The translations under genes were made by a program, and so were the position numbers. This document shows positions 42,911 through 53,188 of a stretch of DNA of 64,000 nt, in pieces (the stretch's first letter is position 1; each line of letters begins with the position of its first letter). The notes below the pieces were generated by a model. It was given only the letters and a program-made list of their open reading frames with translations. It was not told where the DNA came from and did no database searches. Location of the stretch: contig JBKEHN010000001.1 of the NCBI GenBank assembly GCA_046710905.1, positions 4,930 through 68,929 on the forward strand, read 5' to 3'. The DNA comes from Colwellia sp. (GTDB lineage Bacteria; Pseudomonadota; Gammaproteobacteria; Enterobacterales; Alteromonadaceae).

Positions 42911-45847
42911 TTATGAAATTATGGTGTGAGGGATAGATATTTTAAAGGTTTTTCCTTGAGCTTGGTTTGTTATTAGCTCTATGCTGCCCTTTAATTTTTG
43001 GGTCACTAGATTATAGACAATATGTGCCCCTAAGCCTGAACCGCCTTGACCCCTTTTGGTGGTATAAAAAGGTTCAAACAGCTGCGCTTTTGTTTCTTCA
43101 TTTAACTTACAGCCGTTATCAGCGTAATACAGTTCAATACTTTGCGCCAAGCGTTTTACTTCAATGGTTATTTCGCCGCTGCCATCATTAATATTAGCAA
43201 AAGCATGTACTAAGCTATTGATAATAAGATTATTTGTTATCTGTGCTAGAGCGCCAGGATATGAGGTGATTAATAGTTCTTTAGTGCACGTAAGTTTGAT
43301 ATTAACGTCTGCTTGCTTGGCTTTAGGTCGTAATGATCTAATAATGTCTTCCAGATAATCGCGTACATTAAGTGTGCGCGCATCATCAACAATACTATCA
43401 ACAGCTATCAGTTTAAAACCTTCAATCAACTCTACTGCCCGGCTAATATTTCTAAGGGAGAGGTCAAAACCTAAATCAAGTTCATCAGTAAATTTTTTTA
43501 ATTTTTTGGCGCTTAAGGTTTGGCTTTTCATGGCGTTAACAATGTCAACGCACCGTTCCTTCATGAAGCTGACTGAAGTAAGCACAATACCAATAGGTGT
43601 ATTAACTTCATGAGCAACCCCTGCGACCAAACCACCGAGCGAGGCCATTTTTTCGTTTTCTAATAGTTGTACTTGGGTGAATTTTAGCTCTTCGAGTGTC
43701 TGATTCAGCTCATCATTACTTTGGCTTAATGCTTGTGTTCTTTCTGTTACTCGCTGTTCTAAACCTTCGTTAAGAGAGTTAGCTATTTGCTCTGCTTTTA
43801 AGCGTTGAATTATCTCATTTTCTAATTTAGCTATCGTATTGAGTTGTTGATTAGCATGACTTTCTAGTAATTCACGTTTTTGCTGGTGAAAGTTAACTTG
43901 TTCAAACAGCTCTGTCGGAGAAAGCTGTAACTGAGCAAAAAAGTGAGAAAAATAACTAGAGAGTTGATGCTCTTCATCGGCGTTAATTAAGCTAATATTA
44001 TTAAAAGCTTTATAAGCGGAAGCCATACCAATGGCTCCAGCTAAACTATTGAGTGCTGCATTCTTTAAAGAAGACAATTGAACAATATTAATATTGTTTT
44101 GATTATGTATTTCAGCTTTTTCTAATGATTGTTGTAATTTTATTTTTACCAATGCTTTAGGCATATATTGTAGAAAAACAACTTTGATTAACTGCTTTTT
44201 ATTATGCACATTAATATTAGCAGGCATGCCATCAGAAAAATTCTCTTGCAAATGGATATTTTTTATATCAATAAATTGGTGTGCAATAGTTTGTTCTTCT
44301 GCAGACATTTTTGTAAATAAAGATACGCCTATATAGCAAAGTATATTGGCTAGTAAGCTCCATACAAGGCTATTAGTTAACGGCGTAACTCCCTGTAGGG
44401 CTAAAAGTTGTTCTGGATTAAACCAATAAAAGAAACCATTATCTTGAGATAATATTGGCCAATTCAACCAACCTGAGCGAATTAAAGAGGGTAATAAGGA
44501 GCAATAAAACCAAAAGCAAGCGCCAACGGTAAGTCCACTTAAGGCACCAGCTAAGTTAGCTCTGCGCCAAATGAGTCCACCAATAAGTATCGGTGCAAAT
44601 TGTGCCGTTGCGACAAAGCTGATAGTACCAATATTTACAATGAGTTGTGAATCACCAATAACGCGATAATAGAGTAGACCTAAAAAGAGTACCACCAAGA
44701 CCATTAACCAGCGTAAAGGTAATATTTGACGCTTCAACCCAGATAATTTAGGTGTCTGCATGATAATAGGCATTAAAATATGATTGGTTAACATGGTTGA
44801 TAATGTCATCGCACTGATCATTATCATACCGGTTGCCGCGGCAAAACCACCAAGAAAAGTGATAAGCGCAATGAAGGGGGCATGATCATTTAAGAGTAGG
44901 GTTAGTAATAATAAGTTGGTTGATTCTAATGACTTGGGTGTAAGTAAGCCAGTAAGTGCTACCGGAAAAGTAAATATATTGATCAGTAATAAATAGAGTG
45001 GAAAAAGCCATTTAGCGCGGTCTAAAAACTTAGCGTCACTACACTCGACAATGCCAACATGAAATTGTCTAGGTAAGGTGATAATACCTAAAGCGCCAAT
45101 TAACATGAAACTAAGCCACTGTTGAGTCGAGATAGTTAATACGTTAGGGTTAATCTCTGCTGTTTTAGCTACTTGTTCGAATATACTGAAGATACCTGGA
45201 TTTATCACATAACAAATCCACAAAGTACCAATGAGCATAGCTAATAATTTTAGGATGCTCTCACCAGCAAGGGCGACCATCATACCAGGATGTCTTTCTG
45301 TCGGATCGATATGACGGACACCAAAAATTATGGTAAAAAAAGCCATCATCAAAACTATAAGCACATCGAAGTAGTCGACAAATATTTGAGCTTGTGGTGA
45401 ATTTAGCGTCAGTAATTGAAAACTATCGATTACTGATTTTAATTGAATCGTTAAATAGGGCGTAATACCAATTAAACACAGCAGGCTTATTAAAGCTGCT
45501 AATGCTTGTGAACGTTGATAACGTACCGAGATAAAATCAGCAATACTGGTTGAGTGGAATTCATTTTTCAGCAACACCATTTTCTTGAGTAATGGTGTCA
45601 TAAAAATAAATGTTATGGTGGTACCTAAATATAAAGCAACAGGGAATAAACCCGATTTTGTTGATACCGCTATATTACCAAAAAAGGTCCACGAAGTACA
45701 AAAAACAGCTAAACTTAAGGCATAAGTGTTCGCAGAGTTACGTATTTTTTTAGCATGTTTACTGTTAGATTGGCCCCATTGAGCTAATAAAAAAAGAGTA
45801 ATTATATAGAAGGAAAGTAAGATGAGTAACTGAGTAAATGAAATCAC
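42911..45847 (-). CDS. SLC5 (Na+/solute symporter)-fused sensor histidine kinase, CbrA/CrbS-like, no receiver domain
   Basis: SLAVFCTSWTFFG, LPRQFHV, AATGMIM; H-box AGVAHEVNTP; FEPFYTTK.GQGGSGLG. Confidence 0.9.
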   Translation of the reverse strand: MISFTQLLILLSFYIITLFLLAQWGQSNSKHAKKIRNSANTYALSLAVFCTSWTFFGNIAVSTKSGLFPVALYLGTTITFIFMTPLLKKMVLLKNEFHSTSIADFISVRYQRSQALAALISLLCLIGITPYLTIQLKSVIDSFQLLTLNSPQAQIFVDYFDVLIVLMMAFFTIIFGVRHIDPTERHPGMMVALAGESILKLLAMLIGTLWICYVINPGIFSIFEQVAKTAEINPNVLTISTQQWLSFMLIGALGIITLPRQFHVGIVECSDAKFLDRAKWLFPLYLLLINIFTFPVALTGLLTPKSLESTNLLLLTLLLNDHAPFIALITFLGGFAAATGMIMISAMTLSTMLTNHILMPIIMQTPKLSGLKRQILPLRWLMVLVVLFLGLLYYRVIGDSQLIVNIGTISFVATAQFAPILIGGLIWRRANLAGALSGLTVGACFWFYCSLLPSLIRSGWLNWPILSQDNGFFYWFNPEQLLALQGVTPLTNSLVWSLLANILCYIGVSLFTKMSAEEQTIAHQFIDIKNIHLQENFSDGMPANINVHNKKQLIKVVFLQYMPKALVKIKLQQSLEKAEIHNQNNINIVQLSSLKNAALNSLAGAIGMASAYKAFNNISLINADEEHQLSSYFSHFFAQLQLSPTELFEQVNFHQQKRELLESHANQQLNTIAKLENEIIQRLKAEQIANSLNEGLEQRVTERTQALSQSNDELNQTLEELKFTQVQLLENEKMASLGGLVAGVAHEVNTPIGIVLTSVSFMKERCVDIVNAMKSQTLSAKKLKKFTDELDLGFDLSLRNISRAVELIEGFKLIAVDSIVDDARTLNVRDYLEDIIRSLRPKAKQADVNIKLTCTKELLITSYPGALAQITNNLIINSLVHAFANINDGSGEITIEVKRLAQSIELYYADNGCKLNEETKAQLFEPFYTTKRGQGGSGLGAHIVYNLVTQKLKGSIELITNQAQGKTFKISIPHTIIS

Positions 45848-46071
45848 TATCGCTTATCCCTTTGCGTTATATCAGCTTGCTTACTTGGTTTATTGTTATC
45901 TTTAGATTTGGAGGGGGTTAAAACGGCTAACAAAATAATAGCCGACCAACTGATAAAAATATATAACCAGCTTGTTAACAAGGATACTTCACCCACAAGA
46001 ATCAATGGCACGATAAAGGCTATAAAAGATAATAGGGCAAGAAAGCTTATTTTTGCGCGACTATGTATCAA
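45847..46071 (-). CDS. small two-TM protein translationally coupled to the kinase (CbrX-like position)
   Basis: Two hydrophobic helices, WLYIFISW; TAG/GTG overlap at 45847. Confidence 0.65.
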   Translation of the reverse strand: MIHSRAKISFLALLSFIAFIVPLILVGEVSLLTSWLYIFISWSAIILLAVLTPSKSKDNNKPSKQADITQRDKR

Positions 46072-46170
46072 TGAACTTTACCTATAATGAAAAGTGTTAA
46101 GTCATTATAGGAATAAAAAGGTTTATTTATCAATTCTCTTCTAATAATTGACTGATTTATATTTTGACAT

Positions 46171-46197
46171 AAAAAAAGGGAAGCAAATGCTTCCCTA
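46171..46197 (-). terminator. intrinsic terminator after the DcaP porin gene
   Basis: AAAAAAAGGGAAGC-AAAT-GCTTCCCT. Confidence 0.75.
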
Positions 46198-46286
46198 TAA
46201 AATAACCTCAAAAGAGGTTAACTAACGCAAGTTGTTATACTAAAGATATTATTTTTTACTGTGCTTAGCGGGTTAAAATGATAAAG

Positions 46287-47384
46287 CTATAATACAAATT
46301 TAGTCGAAAATTGTACGTAAGTAGAGTCAGCATCTTGTTCAGCCATATCAAAGTTACCCACTTCAAGACCAAACGATAACTGCTTAGTTACGTTGGTAAA
46401 TAAGTTTACGCCGAAGTGAGAACGATCTCTGTCGGTAAGATCTGTCGTGGTATTACCAAAGAAGACAGAGCTGCGTAGTTTTTCAGTCCAGAAGTGGCGA
46501 TAAGCAACCATAATAGAAGTACTTTCTTCAACGTCAAAATTATCAACGGCAAGATCAGGGTCAATATCAACAACATCTGTTACCGCGGCAACACCTACGT
46601 AACGACCGGTATGGCCACCATGTACTTGAAATCGAAGATCATCTTTACCAAAAGTATTAATACGTCCTGCAACACCAAAGCCTATTGCGGATTCAGATCC
46701 GTTAGTCGTTTGTAATTGGCGTGCGAGACCAGAAACAGAAACATTACCCCAGTCGCCTTTAAAGGTATATTTACCGATAAAGTCTGGAATTGAGTCATCT
46801 CCATGAACACCACCATAGGTCTCAGGGTTTTCAATGGAGAGTTGTAAACCACCATTGGTATAACGTACCTGACCTTGACGAATGAAGGCAGAGGCTACTA
46901 ATGGGCCGCCAAAATCGGCTGATTCAGCCAATGAACTAGTATTTTGGAAGGTAGTCCATGTTTGACCTACTAAGACATTTTTGTATTTAACAAAGGCATG
47001 ACGTAAACGTGGTTTTGATGAATTAGAAATAATTTCATTACCGCCACCTGAGGTACCTTCGCCGTAAAAATCAATTTCAATAAAACCGGTGACGTCACCA
47101 TGCACGTATTTAGTGTTAAAGCGTGTTTCGTTGGCGGCAATACCAACGTTAGAAGTGTCACTGTCTGTTTTGGTAGCAGAGCCGATGAAGTAATTGTTTG
47201 CGGCAATATTGCCACTCATATAACGCGCATCAACTTTAACGTAACCACCAAAAGTTAGGCTATCACCGTCATCTAAATTAATAGTATAACCAGCATTAGC
47301 GGCACCGGTAACAGTTAATAAAGTGGTTGCGAGTACTAATTTTTTAACTTTAAATAATGAATTATTGAACATGGTATTCCCCAT
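46287..47384 (-). CDS. DcaP-family trimeric outer-membrane porin
   Basis: Signal peptide; FGGYVKVD, PRLRHAF, GQTWTTF, RQGQVRY, GRY. Confidence 0.87.
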   Translation of the reverse strand: MGNTMFNNSLFKVKKLVLATTLLTVTGAANAGYTINLDDGDSLTFGGYVKVDARYMSGNIAANNYFIGSATKTDSDTSNVGIAANETRFNTKYVHGDVTGFIEIDFYGEGTSGGGNEIISNSSKPRLRHAFVKYKNVLVGQTWTTFQNTSSLAESADFGGPLVASAFIRQGQVRYTNGGLQLSIENPETYGGVHGDDSIPDFIGKYTFKGDWGNVSVSGLARQLQTTNGSESAIGFGVAGRINTFGKDDLRFQVHGGHTGRYVGVAAVTDVVDIDPDLAVDNFDVEESTSIMVAYRHFWTEKLRSSVFFGNTTTDLTDRDRSHFGVNLFTNVTKQLSFGLEVGNFDMAEQDADSTYVQFSTKFVL

Positions 47385-47536
47385 TTGTTTTTACTTAATT
47401 TATTGTTTTGTGTTTGTGTAAGCTTTCTAATCTTTTATGAGGTCTTAAATGCCTCTTGTATTTTTAATTCTAATTAGTCTAGTTGTTACTTTTTTTATTG
47501 AATAATAAGTTAGAGTGTAAAGTCAACAAAAGGAAT

Positions 47537-47583
47537 TAGACCTAAGTCTACATTACTAATAAAACAGGGTAGACTTTAGTCGA
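47537..47583. promoter_or_regulatory. two CrbR/ErdR-like palindromic boxes
   Basis: TAGACCTAAGTCTA (47537-47550) and TAGACTTTAGTCGA (47570-47583) fit GAC-N4-GTC. Confidence 0.65.
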
Positions 47584-47601
47584 TTTTTAGCTAGTTCTTA
47601 C

Positions 47602-49191
47602 CTATTTGGCTACTGATTTAGCTTTAAAGCCAATTCTGAAGCCACCCCAGTGCTTACCTTGAACAAATATGGGCGCGGACACATCATGCATAATTTCACC
47701 GGTATCACGCTTGTATGTTTGCAGTAAAAATTTGTCAGTGTGTTTGCCACAACGAATACCTGTAGGGTCATCAAATAGTCGCTTAGTTCGGTTATTGATA
47801 ACATCAACAGCATTATTACCGGTTAACGCTTTAGAAAAGCACTTATTATGGGTAGGGAAGTAACCATTGATATCAACAGCACCTGCGTAAATCATCTCAG
47901 AAAACTTTATTAACAAGGGCTCTTGAATTTTAGGTAGGTGTTGATCGGTAAATTTATCAAAAGATGTAGTAAATTTCTTTGGCTCACTACTACCCAGTTG
48001 TTGGTAATTAAAATTAAATAATTGTTGCTGTGTAATCAGGTTTTTTTCGATACTTTGTTCAAATAATTGACTTACTTTGCTGGCAGAAAGATGTGCTTGC
48101 TGGCACATATTAGTAATGATCGAGTTACTTTCAAAAGATGAGATATGGACGAAAATTGATTCGGTACTATTAGACAGTGATTGTGCTTGCACTGATGCGG
48201 CTTGAGTTTCGCTACTTTTACTCAATAAAAAATCATGTAAACGGACTATCGAAGATGAAATTTCTTCCGCAGCAAAATCTTGCTCTTTTAGTGCTTGGCT
48301 GATTTGACCACTAGCTGATGAGGAGTCAGTCATCAGTTGGTTAATTTCAGCAAAACCGTGCGACAGAGCTGTCATTGTGGTAACTACGCTATTCGTTTGT
48401 GCGACTATTTGTGACATAACCTTTGTTGTTTCACTGGTTTCGTCACTGGTTCTCTTAAGCATTTCACCTATTTGTGCGGTCGCATTGGCCGTTTTTCCGG
48501 CGAGAGCTCTGACTTCATCAGCGACCACGGCAAAGCCACGACCTTGTTCACCCGCACGCGCAGCTTCAATCGCAGCATTAAGTGCAAGTAAATTGGTCTG
48601 TGATGAAATACCATCAATAACATCGGTGATACTTTGAATAGCCTGTGCTTTTTGCTGGAGTGATTGTATTTTATCTGCGGCATTATTTACTGATTGGCTC
48701 AGTTGATTAACAATATTGATATTATCACCTAGCTGAGTTGAACTCGCAGTACTTGCCGCCATAGCATTACTGGCCTGTTGTGAAGCAATAACGGCATTAT
48801 CATTTATTTGCTTGCTGTTGGCGGACATTTGCTCTGCTGCAGTTGCTAGACGGTCAACATCATCACCCGATTGGTTTATTGCACCACTTAGCTGTGTTAA
48901 GAAAAAGCTGATTTCTGCAGCGTTAATTGCAAGTTCGCTTGCTTTGCTATCAATTTCACCACCAATTACCGCCAATTCAACTTTACTCGGCGTTTGCTCT
49001 GCTAAGTTTTCAGCAATTTTTTGGCTTTGTTTAAGTATAATATTAGACAAAATTCCGAGCATAATAGAGCTAAGAATAAAGATACATACCGCAGTAAAGA
49101 GTGCTGAAGTAATATAAATATGGCTCAAATAAGTAGTCAAGCTCATTAAAGTCGATAGTAATATTAAGGTAGGAAAGAGTTTTTTATACAT
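47602..49191 (-). CDS. methyl-accepting chemotaxis protein with a C-terminal extra domain
   Basis: [31 protein letters not shown]; about 170 aa C-terminal domain ending HWGGFRIGF. Confidence 0.92.
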   Translation of the reverse strand: MYKKLFPTLILLSTLMSLTTYLSHIYITSALFTAVCIFILSSIMLGILSNIILKQSQKIAENLAEQTPSKVELAVIGGEIDSKASELAINAAEISFFLTQLSGAINQSGDDVDRLATAAEQMSANSKQINDNAVIASQQASNAMAASTASSTQLGDNINIVNQLSQSVNNAADKIQSLQQKAQAIQSITDVIDGISSQTNLLALNAAIEAARAGEQGRGFAVVADEVRALAGKTANATAQIGEMLKRTSDETSETTKVMSQIVAQTNSVVTTMTALSHGFAEINQLMTDSSSASGQISQALKEQDFAAEEISSSIVRLHDFLLSKSSETQAASVQAQSLSNSTESIFVHISSFESNSIITNMCQQAHLSASKVSQLFEQSIEKNLITQQQLFNFNYQQLGSSEPKKFTTSFDKFTDQHLPKIQEPLLIKFSEMIYAGAVDINGYFPTHNKCFSKALTGNNAVDVINNRTKRLFDDPTGIRCGKHTDKFLLQTYKRDTGEIMHDVSAPIFVQGKHWGGFRIGFKAKSVAK

Positions 49192-49481
49192 TTTATTCTC
49201 ATTAACAGCTTAGTGCACGAAGCACCATAAATTATGATTAAATAAATTTCTTATACTCGTTAACTTCCTTGCTAAATTTTTGAAAGTATAGAAATAATTA
49301 ATGACAAGGCTAACACTAAAAACAATGTTCTAGACATTAGACTTTAGTGTTGAATTAGTTAATTCTTATTAAGGTGAGTTGAGGCTTTTATAAAAATAAG
49401 GAACAAAAAAGCCTATAAAAAAGTAGTTGATATATACTTTAACCACTAGGCTACTTCTAGTATTTTATATTATTAGGCTGA

Positions 49482-50620
49482 TTAAAAAGCGATCTGTATA
49501 GCAAGCTTTTGCCTTCACCCACTGTTACCTTAAATTTAACGCTGCCAGCAAGGTAGTCGGTATCAAATAAATTCTACATATCAAAGCGGAAGTTAATGTC
49601 AGTATTATCTAAGTTTATTTTATAATTCACACTTGCATCAATACGAGCATAGCCATTTTGTACAATAGTACTGTTTTTATCTGGACAGCGCTCACCTTCA
49701 TAAAAAGTACCAGTATTAATAGTAAAATTTTCAGTTATTTCATAACAACACCAAATAGCTGCAGACTATTCTGGCGCATCAATGGGGGTTTTTCCTGTGT
49801 ATTCTTCATCATTTTTATAAACAGTAGCAAGGTTAATTACTGATGCCATGATAAATAACTTATCTGTCACAGCCCCTTGAGTAGCTATTTCAAAAACTTT
49901 GTGGCGTTGCTCCGCTACTTGTGAAGCTTGGTAGCTATCATCTTCATAATACTCGGGCACTAGTAGGTCGGATTTAGTAATATCAAATATTACCTTGGTC
50001 AGTAACAAGCGATCATCTAATAGTTACCACTTTACGCCTAATTCAAATTGCTCTGAGGTCATGGAATCGATTTCCATACCGTAGCTCAAATCGTCTTCAT
50101 CATGGATAGTTTCGTTACGATTCAAATCCCTCGCTCTAACTCGTATAGAAAGTACTGTTATCACTTGGATGGTGAAGCTAGCTAGCTTTTGGTAGTAGTG
50201 ACTTATTATTTACACCTGCCTTAATCTGTTTATCAGAACGACCACTAACCATCACTTGACATGCTTGATTAATGGTCATTCAGTCTCGGATATAAATACC
50301 ATAGTAGTGGTATTCGCTGGTGTATAAGCTATTGTCTGTTCTATAGCTGATATCCTGACGCAGAGGTTCAGCTTTACCTCTCGAATATTCAAAGGAATCA
50401 TCATTGACTTTTAGCTGATCGTAGTAATAATCAAGATAGTTCGCACCAACAAGTAAGTTATGATCAACACTAGCTAGTTAAAATTCATCAGTAAAATCAA
50501 TAAAAGTAGTAGTAAACTACCAATCATCATAGCGATCATAGGGTTTTGAGGTGTAGGTATCACCCTCATTAAAGTCGCTAGGTTTCTTCTTAGATGATTC
50601 AAAACGTTGTCTGTCAAAAA
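49482..50620 (-). pseudogene. fragmented TonB-dependent (siderophore-type) receptor
   Basis: C-terminal GYARIDASVNY...NLFDTDYLAG...F*; upstream barrel fragments (49766-50008) with stops and frameshifts. Confidence 0.75.
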
Positions 50621-50687
50621 AAAATTCGTTATAGCTAACTTTTATTTGTAATAAATTACTTAAAATATTAACTAAAGCGGCTACTTA

Positions 50688-52769
50688 TTATTTCTTATTT
50701 ACTTCTGTTTGTGCCGCTAAGTTAGTAGCATGAGATAAGTGATGTGCAGGCATTGGTTTATTATCATGTTTTAGATAGTTATCCATCCAACGCATTAAAC
50801 GTAAGCTGTAATCATACTTAGCTGCAGCGCGTTTATTACCATGACCTTCGCCTGGATAATAAACTAAACGCACGGTTTTACCATGCACCTTCATGTAACG
50901 GTACATTTCCATCGATTGTGCAGGATGTACGCGAGGATCGGCTTTACCATGCATAATAAGTAATGGCGTTTCTGATTGCTCAACCCAATAAATAGGGCTG
51001 CGCTCTAAATACCATTGCCATTTGTCCCAAGGGTATGAACGCGCATGCACTAAGTTCATTTCGTTAGAGATATCAGTAGTACCAAACTTTGATAATTGAT
51101 TAGAAATACCAACAAACATAACACTGGCAGCAAAGTGCTTAGTTAACTTAGTTGCGCCCCAAGCAGAAGCATAACCACCGTATGAACCACCGGTAATACC
51201 TACTTTTTTCTCATTGACTAAACCAATATTCACTAGGTGATTTTTAAGGTCTACTAAGTCATCAAATTCTTTACCTGCGTAATCGTTTTGACCCAATTTA
51301 GAATAATCTACGCCTTTACCTGTACTACCACGGTAGTTAGGATGAAATACCGCATAACCTTGCGCAGCGGCTAATTGACCAGGACGAGAGTAAGTGGTTA
51401 TCCAGCCATCTTTATCATGGCTTTCTGGGCCACCGTGCACGGACATAATTAAAGGGTAACGTTGGCCTTTTTTATAATCTAGTGGATAAACTAAGATACC
51501 ACCAATTTCAACACCGTCGCGGGCTTTAATGGTAAGACTTTCTTGTTTCGCTAGTGCTACATCATTTAACCAAACATTTGAGTCAGTTAAGCGAGTTTCT
51601 TTCTTCCCACGCAGCATAAATACTTCGTTAGGATGTTGGGCACTGTTTGCTTTAACGACAATACTTTTATCAGAATTAGAAATACTTAGGTTAGTAGCGA
51701 TGAATTCACCACCGGCAACAACTGTGGTGTATTTGTTAGTACCAGATTTAATTTTAGCGACAACAGACTGGGTACCAATATTGGCAATAAAGAATAATTC
51801 ATCACGCTTATTAGACCATTCAAAATCACTAACGTGACCTTTAAATTTTGGTAACCAGTTAGTTACTTTACCTGAGCTAACATTGGCAATAAATAGGCGT
51901 CCACTGGCTGGATCATGTATGTCTTGTGCGCCAAGTAGGGCTACATATTTACCGTCGTATGAAAATTCAGCTGCGCCTAATTTTCCTTTTGTAGCAAAAG
52001 ACGTTTTAACGGATTTTTTGGTTATATCAACAATATGCCATTGTGACTTCATGTACTTGTCATCAATGAGTGCTGTAGGCTGAGTTTTTACTAATAAATC
52101 TTTACCGTTAGGGGAAAAATGTACATCAGACACATAACCTTTGATGTCCCATGCTGCAAGGTTAATCGCTTTATCTGACTGAGTAAGGTCTGTTACGTAT
52201 AATAGCTGATTAGTTAGTTGCTCTTCGAAAACTTCTGCTTTAAAGCCTAACTCTTGCAGTTTTTTAACTGACTTGTCTTTTGTCTTTTTAGCTAAAATGG
52301 CTATTTTTTTGTTATCAGCGCTAAGCGCGTAATGACTAATACTGGTATTTTGTAAGGCTACCGTTTGTTGAGCTTGGCCACCGTTTGCTGGGATCTGATA
52401 TAGCGCAGTAAATTTATCATTATTCATTTTCGCTAAGAAATAAATCAGGGAGCCATCAGCAGACCATTGGATCTTTGTAACGTTTACCTTACCGGTAATA
52501 TAAGGACGTTCTTCGCCTTTATCATTAACAAGGTAAAGTTCACCCCAATTAGTACCATCTTTTTCAGCATAAATTTCACGTGGTACTGAGCGAGTGTAAG
52601 CAATGTATTCACCACTTGGGCTAACCTGCACTTGGCTAACCGATTGCAGGGTAGCAAGGTTTTCAGCGGTTATAGTTTTACTTGTTTGCTCAGCAGATAC
52701 CACTGAACAAGTAAGCAAAGCTAAGTTAAGCGCTAAGGCTTGTTTTAAGGTGTTTGTTTTTAGTTTCAT
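50688..52769 (-). CDS. secreted S9 family peptidase (acylaminoacyl/dipeptidyl aminopeptidase)
   Basis: Signal peptide; HGGP, NYRGSTG, GGSYGG, HG..D.RV, EGHG. Confidence 0.93.
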   Translation of the reverse strand: MKLKTNTLKQALALNLALLTCSVVSAEQTSKTITAENLATLQSVSQVQVSPSGEYIAYTRSVPREIYAEKDGTNWGELYLVNDKGEERPYITGKVNVTKIQWSADGSLIYFLAKMNNDKFTALYQIPANGGQAQQTVALQNTSISHYALSADNKKIAILAKKTKDKSVKKLQELGFKAEVFEEQLTNQLLYVTDLTQSDKAINLAAWDIKGYVSDVHFSPNGKDLLVKTQPTALIDDKYMKSQWHIVDITKKSVKTSFATKGKLGAAEFSYDGKYVALLGAQDIHDPASGRLFIANVSSGKVTNWLPKFKGHVSDFEWSNKRDELFFIANIGTQSVVAKIKSGTNKYTTVVAGGEFIATNLSISNSDKSIVVKANSAQHPNEVFMLRGKKETRLTDSNVWLNDVALAKQESLTIKARDGVEIGGILVYPLDYKKGQRYPLIMSVHGGPESHDKDGWITTYSRPGQLAAAQGYAVFHPNYRGSTGKGVDYSKLGQNDYAGKEFDDLVDLKNHLVNIGLVNEKKVGITGGSYGGYASAWGATKLTKHFAASVMFVGISNQLSKFGTTDISNEMNLVHARSYPWDKWQWYLERSPIYWVEQSETPLLIMHGKADPRVHPAQSMEMYRYMKVHGKTVRLVYYPGEGHGNKRAAAKYDYSLRLMRWMDNYLKHDNKPMPAHHLSHATNLAAQTEVNKK

Positions 52770-52956
52770 TTCTAGTCCTAGAGATCTATTTGAAGATTTA
52801 TTACACTTGATTTTATGTTTTTTGAGCGTTAAACCAATGGAAAGCCTATTAAATACGATAAAAGAGTTATAATCGAGATTAAATAAAGATTAAGCAGGTA
52901 TTAGTTAAATATCTTATACCTACTTAAGGGACCATATTAACAACAACTAGTTTTAA

Positions 52957-53188
52957 TTAGTTAAATCTAGCTGTTAAATAATCAAACACAGCACGAATAG
53001 CAAACGCTTCTCCATTTCCTATGAAAGGGGGCGGCCGGAATAACTATATTGCGGCGAACTTAATGGGTCGAATGAGTTAAATCTAGTTGCTAATTAATCG
53101 AATACAGCACGAATAGCAAATACTTCACCATTTCCTATGAAAGCGGGCGGCCTGAATAACTATATTGTGGCGAACTTAATGGGTCGAA
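52957..53188 (-). repeat. two tandem 116-bp diverged copies of the 3' end of the M17 peptidase gene
   Basis: Units start at 52957 and 53073, in register with the gene stop at 53189. Confidence 0.92.

Noticed and set aside
52957-53188. CRISPR array or DGR template/variable repeat reading of the 116-bp repeats
   Set aside because: There are no unique spacers or cas genes and no reverse transcriptase, and the differences are not adenine-specific
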